Origin: Rhizaria sp. SCN 62-66 | Taxonomy: Eukaryota | Reading direction: 5' to 3' | Assembly (NCBI GenBank): GCA_001724265.1 | Contig: MEDY01000430.1 | Location: forward strand, 1 to 43,433 | DNA length: 43,433 bases | Shown: in pieces, positions 36,401 through 43,433 of the stretch | How the letters are laid out: each line of letters opens with the position of its first letter | Position numbering within the stretch: position 1 is the first letter of the stretch | Made by a program: the position numbers and the translations under genes | Notes under the pieces: generated by a model | The model's database searches: none | The model's input: only the letters and a program-made list of their open reading frames with translations | Told to the model about the DNA's origin: nothing

Positions 36401-36945
36401 AGGTCTGGGTCGGCACGGGAGAGCAGCGCAGCCTCGTAGAAGGCCAGCGCAACGGCAGCGGGCAGGCGCGCAAGTGAGGCAAGCGACGCAACGCAGAGCC
36501 AGGCGGCGAGCTCGTAGGCGTCGCCCGTGGCGAGGTAGATGAAGAGGCAGAGCAGGAGCCGGCGTAGACCGTGTGCGCCCCCGGCCCCCGCGGCGGCCAC
36601 GGCGGCGCGCGGGCGGGCGTAGACGCGCGCAAGCCGGGCAATAAGCGCGTAGCGCAGCACGCGGTCGGCGGTGAGTACGACGAGCAGCAGGTGCAGCGGC
36701 ACGGCGAGGAAGTGGGTGACGACGCGGGACACAGGCCAGTGCAGCGCGGAGACCGAGTCCCAGGTGCGGAGGAAGAGTAGCGTCAACGCGCCCAGTAGCG
36801 CCGCGATCAGGCGCAGCGAGAACGGAAACGACGGCTAGTCTGCCGAGGCGTCTTGCCGCGCAGCAGCAAGAGCAGCGGCAGCAGCGGCGCTGGCAGCCGG
36901 CTACTGCTGCTGCGGCAGTGGCAGTGGCTGTGGCGCCGGTCTCAT
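30934..36945 (-). CDS. Multi-pass membrane RING-H2 E3 ubiquitin ligase (Hrd1/gp78-like layout), ~2003 aa with three in-frame TAGs
   Basis: Hydrophobic N-terminal segments; RING-H2 CAICLTALDAGVRRLHCGHLLHAACLLELARHASTCPLC (35121-35005). One frame runs from ATG 36945 to TGA 30934, broken only by TAG at 36903-36901, 36837-36835 and 31509-31507. Confidence 0.8.
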
Positions 36946-37602
36946 GTGACAGCGGCGGCCGCGCCGGGACCAGGCGAGAGAGTGTGGTTAAGTGTTGACT
37001 AAGTGTGGGGTCTGTTCTGGCAAGATTGAGTCAGCCCTGATGGGGCAAACGGCAAACAGACTGGGGAGAGAGACGGGCGCAAGGGTGAGTGAGCAGCGAG
37101 TGGGAGGGGAGCACAACGGGCGACGATGATTCCACAGACTAGAGTTGGGGATAAGTACGCAAGTGCGCAGATTTAACAAAGATATACTGAGGAAAATTCC
37201 GCGAAATGTCGATATACCACAGTTGATCTGATAGAAGACGATGCATGATTGACTTGTAGGAAGATATGTGGTACTGACTGGTCAGCCTGGTTCCGGAAGG
37301 CGAGAGGCTGGGGCGCTGCATCACCATTCGGAACACATTAGTATAACACAAGCGTCCGATGATAGATATCATGACACATATGACGATCCAGAATCATGAC
37401 GTTAATGTCTTATTTATCTTTTTATATTCCATAAATCTGCGCCTGTATTGCTCCTCAGAGGTCACGCGCTCTGACGAGGTCAGGTCACTTTAAGCCGTTG
37501 CAGCTCTGCTTTCGCAGGCATCTCCTCCCTTCCCCTGGCTCACCACTGACACTTTTTTCACTCTGCACTCTTAAAATCTACTTTTACCATGACAGATTCG
37601 AT

Positions 37603-40053
37603 ATGGCTGACCGCTCTAGTACGTTTACACCCACATGTCCAGCCAATCTTCCATTTTCACCACACCCCATTCGCTCACGTTTTCACCCGCCCTCTCCTCG
37701 CTACTGTACGCAGTCACCGTCAAGTGGAACAAGAACACTTACGACGTCACACTCACTGCCGACGAGTCCATCGACTCGTTCCGCGCCAAACTCACAGCTC
37801 TCACCCAGGTTCGTCGTAGGCACTGCTCTACTCGCCACAACCCAGCTCCACCACCAACGGTTTATTGCCCTCTCCTCTCTATCTCACCCCAATCTCACCA
37901 TATACCTCCATAACTTGCCAAACACACTTACCACTCTCTTTTTGCAGGTCCCCGCCGAGCGCCAGAAGCTGATGCTCAAGGGCAAGTTCGTCAAGGACAC
38001 GGCCGCCGTCGCCGCCGTGGCCGCGGGCGCGCAGATCGTCCTCATGGGCACCGCCGACGACGCGCTCCTCGCCGCCCCCGCGGCCGCCGTGGTCTTCGCC
38101 GAGGACCTTAGCGCGGAGCAGAAGGTGCGGCTTAACGTCGCCAAGGACCCGGCCGGCTTGGTGAACCTGGGCAACACGTGCTACATGAACGCCGTCGTCC
38201 AGCTGCTTCGCGCCGTCCCCGAGCTCCACGACGCGTCCCTCACGCACATGCGCCTCGCCAACGCCGCCGGCACCGCGGGCGCGGCCGCCGCGGCCCCCGG
38301 CGCGAGCGTGGCGGCGGCGGCGCTGGCGGGCGCGCTGGCGGGCGGCCCCCACGAGCGGCTGGCGCTGGCCTTCGGGCTGCTGATGGACCTCGCCGACAAG
38401 ACCGACGGCTCCGTCACGCCGCTCATCTTCCTCAGCGCGCTACGCAAGGCGTTCCCACAGTTCGCCGAGATGAGCCGCTCGGGACAGGTTGGCGCGCAGC
38501 AGGACGCCGACGAGTGTCTCACACAGGTACGCCATCAAAAACACGCCAACAGGCTAACTATGCTGTGATTTTTTGCTGTGTTAAAATATTTTGTCATTTT
38601 GCATTGGTTCTCGTTCTAAGGAAGTTTGTACGAATTGAATGTCAAATCATACTAAATAATATATGAATGTATATATTATTGCAACGTGTCGCTATATTCC
38701 ATGCTTATCTGCTCTGTGTATCTCTTTTTAATCTCCCCTGTTTTTTTTTTTTTTAACTCTGTGCCACTCATAACTCGTGCCCAGCTCTTCACGGCGCTGG
38801 CCGACAAGATGCGCCACGTGCCCTCCGACAAGTCCGTGAGCCGCGGCATGAGCAACTGGATCGACATGCTTTTTGGCGCCGAGATGCGCAGCTCCCTCTC
38901 GTACGTTACCATTTACTTGTCTGCTGTAATGAGATTTTCCGCTTAAGGAGAATGTTTGTTCATGACCACGCATGGTTCTTTTAAAACTTTGCACAACTAT
39001 ATTTTAACAGCAAGAGTACATGATTCATGTATGCTGAATAATGTCTGTAAATGCTTTAATATATCTTTGCTTCATTCCACGTAGGTCCCCCGACGCGCCG
39101 GCCGAGGCGCCCGTGGTGGAGTTCGAGACTGTGCGCCGCCTGAAGTGCTTCATCTCCGGCGAGGTCAACTTCATGGTCGAGGGCATCAAGCTCGCGCTCA
39201 AGGAGGAGATCACCAAGAGGTACGTATGAGTCCAGATATCACTGCTCAAAGAACAATTACAAGCGTTGCTTACTTCTGACTGCACGTTGTGGCGAATTTG
39301 CATATTGTTGACCTTATTTTCATTTTTCGCATTATTTTCATTGTTCTCTGTGCCTCTAGGTCGTCGTCTCTGGGCCGCGACATTGTCTACACGCGCACCA
39401 GCGGCTTAACTTCGCTGCCCCCGTACCTCACGGTGCAGTTCGAGCGCTTCTTCTGGAAGTCGGACAACGGCAAGAACATCAAGTCCAAGATCATCCGCAA
39501 GGTCGCATTCCCGGTGCGCTTCGACGTGTTCGACATCACCGAGGGTGACCTTAAGGCCTCGCTCAAGGCCCGTCGCGCGATCATGATCGCTGAGCAGGAC
39601 GTCAAGCTCGGCCTCCCCGCGCTCAAGTCCCCTCATAGCAACGCCGCTGCCGCCAACGGGGCCTCGTCCAGTCTGACTAGCGCCGGCGCCGCGATGACTG
39701 ACGACACTGCCGCCTCCGCGGTGGCGCCGCACCCGCTTACGTCGGGCCAGTACGAGCTGCAGTCTGTTGTTACTCATAAGGGCCGCGACGCCGACTCGGG
39801 CCACTACATCGGTTGGACCAAGCAGGCCGACGGGCGGTGGTTCAAGTTCGACGACGACGTGGTGACCGAGGTCAAGGAGGCCGACATCACGGCGCTGTGT
39901 GGCGGCGGCGACTGGCACACGGCGTATCTCGTCGTGTACCGCCGTGTCGACGACGTCAAGGAGGCCGAGGAGGCCAAGGCCAAGGAGCTCAAGGACAAGG
40001 AGGCCGCGGCCGCCACTGCGGGACAGGAGGGCAAGGTCGAGATTGTCGAGTAA
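37603..40053 (+). CDS. USP14: Proteasome-associated deubiquitinase UBP6/USP14 (exons 37603-37618, 37714-37808, 37948-38526, 38785-38900, 39085-39219, 39360-40053)
   Basis: N-terminal UBL (ITVKWNK...VPAERQKLMLKG...LMGT), Cys box GLVNLGNTCYMNA, QQDADEC, LPPYLTVQFERFFWK, His box THKGRDADSGHYIGW, GGGDWHTAY. Five GT-AG introns keep the frame. Confidence 0.93.
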
Positions 40054-40534
40054 GGCGACGGACGGACGGACGGACGGACAGACAAGTTAATAAGTTAAGT
40101 TGTGAGCGAACGAGCAAAAGCACAGATGCACACATCACACGAGCTTGGAGCTATGAGTGAAGCGATTTAACACACGATATGTAGTCATAACACACAACAC
40201 ACCAGATTGGAAAAATAAGTCATTTTGATTTTGATCCTTGCGAGAGATACGCATGCGCGTAAAAATAAACTCTATTTACTTTTCTTCAAGTGATACAGAC
40301 TGGCTGTTAACATTGACTGTAACCTGATGTGAAATAGTATTTTTGCGAGAGGTTATTAAAGATAACGTTGTTTATATAGAAGCTTCAGATTAAACTGTCT
40401 GAAGCAGATATAGAGTAGTACTAGCGTACACATTATGAAACAAAAAGAGACTTGAGAAACCTAGCATAACATTTCGAATGAAAAAAACAACAAAACATAG
40501 ATATAATACTACAATATCCCTGACTCCACCGTCT

Positions 40535-41287
40535 CATCGCAGCTGCACACGCACAGCAAAACCACACTTGACCACGCTCATGACAAGACATGACTGTTCG
40601 CGTTTGCCAAAAGCCGTGCTGCAACTGCAACGTCGTCAGATGGTCGTAATGTTGTTGTCGTGTCGTAGCGGCGCCGCTCAGGATCAGCGGTGCGCCCGAC
40701 GGCGCTCGCGATCGACTCAGCAGCAGCAGAGACGCGACGAACAACAGAGTAAACACACATCGACACGGCAAGAACCCCAGCAGTACTAGTGCTCAGCAGT
40801 TCTAAGTGCTCCGCAGTTCGCGTGCTATGCGTGATTGAGTGTGACTTTGCGTTGCGCGCTGCGGCGACGACGACACGGAAAGAGAATGAGGGAGGTTGTT
40901 AGAATGAGATTGGAAGGGAGAAAACGAAGACACAGGCGCTGAGACTGAGCGATTGCGTGGAGGGAGAGAGCGTGAGAGTGAGGGCTGACAGAGGGGCGGC
41001 GGCGGCGACAGCAGAGGCACGCAGCACATAGCTGCAGTCGCTGAGAACAAAGAACCACGCGCCCACCCCCTTGCAGCCGCACTCCACAGCAAGCGACATC
41101 AGGCAGCAGCAACGATAACAACACACAGAGCACGTGACTCACGAGAACGCTGTCGGACGCGGCGCTTTGCACGGCATTGCTTCGCAAGAGAGCAAATGTG
41201 AACAGATACGTGTCAAACAGCGGACTGGTGGATGAGCACACGCGAGCGATGTGTTGCACACATCAGCTGCGTTGTGATGCTGCGATG
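40535..41287. other. Putative ~750-nt long-range fold-back (structured RNA or decayed inverted repeat)
   Basis: Nested, colinear complementary blocks: 40535-43/41279-87, 40594-607/41192-205, 40613-19/41169-75, 40650-61/41112-23, 40707-20/40945-57. Confidence 0.5.
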
Positions 41288-41589
41288 TCATGAGAGAAAG
41301 AGCTGTCATGACGACGAAAAAGAAGAAAAAGAAAAATTACACACGAAATTGGACAACAAACCAAAGGCTCTTGACAAAGCTGTTGCTGAAAACTAGCGCT
41401 GTTGCAATACTTTGCATTGCTCTGCCTTCGATGGAGTCGAGTCACTAACTTGGTTAAGACTATTATAGAACTTGCACCCTCCGTGCCAACAAACATCTCA
41501 CTCGCTCCCGCGCAGCAGCGTGCCAGTTCGTTCGCGAGTTGATGACACAGCGAGTATGCTTGCTTGCTTCGCGATTGCCGACTGCGCGC

Positions 41590-42481
41590 TTACTCGGCGG
41601 CAGTGACCGCGGGCGCGGGGGTGGCGGCGGCGGCGCCGCCGACGGGGAGGTTCTTGCGGGCAGCGCGCAGCAGGGCTACGACGTCGTCCTTGAGTACGTA
41701 GTCAACAGGCGCAATGCCGTACAGGCACTTAAAGGTGATGTGCTTGGCGCAGCCGTTGTCGAGCAGCAGCTTGACGGTCTCTGCGTCGCCGGAGAGACAG
41801 GCCATGTGGAGGCACGTGAGCTGCATGTCGTTGACGGCGTCGACCTGCGCGCCCCACGTGATGAGCTCCTTGGCCATCGCCGCGTTGCCCGCCGCACAGG
41901 CGCGGTGCAGCGGCGTCGAGCCCAGCTTGTTGCGGCAGTTCATCTGGTGGTCCTTGAGGAAGAAGAGCTTGACAAGCTCGAGCAACTCGGGCGTGTTGTG
42001 CTTCGGGGAGCGGCCCACGAGCACGTGCATGGGGTAATCGCCTAGGAAGGTCTTCTTGGCAATGCGCTCGAGAATCTTCTTCACCAGGGGGTCCTCGGGG
42101 TTCGCTGTTAGGCGTCGCAGTGGGGGTTCGCAAGCAAAAGGAAAAGGCAATGACGAGAAGGGATGAGAGGGTTGTCGACAGAAACAGTTGAAGAGTTATG
42201 AGCCACAAAGCGAGACGAGAAAACGTACCATTGGGATCGATGGTGGGGGGCAGGTCGGCAGTGTTGAGCTCGACCTTGGCGTCGCCCTCCTGATTGAGCA
42301 GGGTCTTAACCTCGTGCTCGTCGACAACGGTCTTGCGCAGCAGGTAGAAGAGGTGCTGAACCGGGGACTGGAGCTCCTCGTCGTCCTCCTCCTCGACCTT
42401 CTTCGAGTTCTCATCAGACTTGGCGTCGTTGTCGACCTGAGGGTCCTGCTTCTTCTCCTCGGAACTGGACGAATTGCCCAT
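41590..42481 (-). CDS. Ankyrin-repeat protein with N-myristoylation motif (exons 42481-42229, 42104-41590)
   Basis: Starts MGNSSS. Ankyrin repeats GSTPLHRACAAGNAAMAKELITWGAQVD and LTCLHMACLSGDAETVKLLLDNG. Intron 42228-42105 (GTACGT...CTAACAG). TAA stop. Confidence 0.88.
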
Positions 42482-43274
42482 TGAACGCGATAAACTAGGA
42501 ACGGGCACGTAAAAACAGGAGGGAGAGCAATGTGCAGTGGGTGTCGTGAGCAACGCAGACAAGAGAAAGCAGCACTATTCAAGCTGTTGTTATGAAACGC
42601 AAATTGGAGTTATATAGGCCTGTCAGTAGACAATACAAAATGAGCACTCTAAACTCTATAGCTCGGATCCAACTTGACATAAATCATCGATTGCATTCGC
42701 AGCTGGGACTCTCTTATCAGCTCACTCGGTCGCTGCTGGCGGTCGGACAGGAATGCACTTGACCGAAAAAATGATGACTGTGGGCACTTAGACGGCCCTT
42801 AGACGCCCGCATCGAGGACCAGCGAAACCAAAAGATCCCACTGTTCTCACCAGATCGTGACAGTTATCGCACCGTATAATTCCCATAATATGTTACGTGT
42901 GTTTTTACATCTTCACTTCTTTCCGCACGTTCCACTGACGGCCATCTGTAGTGTATGAACCACCCGCAGTTCCACCCAGTGGGCCTTGACCGAAGCCATC
43001 TCGTGGTTCTCTTCCCAGCGTCTCCCTAGCCCGGCGCTCGTCGTTAGCGTCTCTGTGCATCTTTCCCCATGATCCGTTCTGGTCGTGTTCACGTTGTGCT
43101 GCTTTCCTGCTCTTTCAGGACCTGCGTTTTGGGACTCCGCTGCCCCCTTTCTGATCTTGCTTGTCGGCCCTCCCAAGTCTCTTCGCTTCGCTCACCGTTC
43201 TACTCTCCCCCTTTCGCTTTGCTTCTCCTTTCCGTTGTTCGTTTCCTTCTGTGCTTTGCCTGCCCTATTTGTAG

Positions 43275-43433
43275 ATGTCTGGTGCCACTGTTAAGGACAT
43301 TCCCGCGCAGAAGTTCGTCGCGACCCTCGCGGCTCACCTCAAGAAGTCTGGCAAGTACGAGCTCCCTGCCATGCACGACCTCATCAAGACCGGCTGCCAC
43401 AAGGAGCTCCCTCCCCAGGACGCTGACTGGTAC
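43275..43433 (+). CDS. RPS19: 40S ribosomal protein S19 (eS19), 3'-truncated at the window edge
   Basis: MSGATVKDIPAQKFVATLAAHLKKSGKYELPAMHDLIKTGCHKELPPQDADWY matches the eS19 N-terminus. The ATG directly follows a polypyrimidine tract and TAG, suggesting an upstream intron. Confidence 0.92.
   Translation, partial: MSGATVKDIPAQKFVATLAAHLKKSGKYELPAMHDLIKTGCHKELPPQDADWY

Noticed and set aside
79-36641. Many long overlapping or antisense ORFs (e.g. 7692..9404 +, 13371..14879 +, 22361..24118 +, 31126..32559 +)
   Set aside because: Shadow ORFs expected from GC-rich, low-complexity coding DNA; no recognisable domains.
24719-36903. Pseudogenisation as the explanation for the in-frame TAGs
   Set aside because: All six interruptions are the same codon, with no TAA, TGA or frameshift in these genes and intact RGS, MATE and RING motifs. 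Random decay would not be codon-specific.
24719-36904. TAGs as acceptors of tiny introns
   Set aside because: Disfavoured, not excluded: validated introns are 95-258 nt, AT/pyrimidine-rich with GTHYG donors. The only GT available after the RING gene ATG gives a 70-nt frame-breaking intron.
40057-40084. (GACG)n run right after the USP14 stop
   Set aside because: Ordinary short 3'UTR microsatellite.
40433-41496. Short minus-strand ORFs that might fuse into a gene under UAG read-through
   Set aside because: ORF 40802..41092 meets TGA three codons after its TAG, and the codon style is unlike the real genes.
42771-42940. ATGATGA...CTGA as a box C/D snoRNA
   Set aside because: Boxes are ~165 nt apart with no terminal stem or recognisable rRNA guide.

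Overview
Eukaryotic (protist-like) nuclear DNA with GC-rich, low-complexity coding regions, AT-rich spacers and 95-258 nt GT-AG introns. Twelve protein genes can be modelled: a 5'-truncated low-complexity protein, a His/Asp/Glu-rich protein, a type-I membrane protein, a multi-WH2/beta-thymosin-repeat CaaX protein, a secreted patatin-like lipase, an RGS-domain protein, LSM7, a MATE transporter, a membrane RING-H2 E3 ligase, UBP6/USP14, a myristoylated ankyrin protein and the start of RPS19. Main discovery: six in-frame TAG codons interrupt three otherwise intact genes (one ends a CAG-CAG-CAG run), while all 11 gene ends seen use TAA (7) or TGA (4). This points to a variant nuclear genetic code in which UAG alone is a sense codon (Gln most likely, Leu not excluded). 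Also notable: a GTACGT-dominated 5' splice site and two ~750-nt intergenic fold-back structures. All calls are by-eye motif recognition; no searches or folding programs were run.
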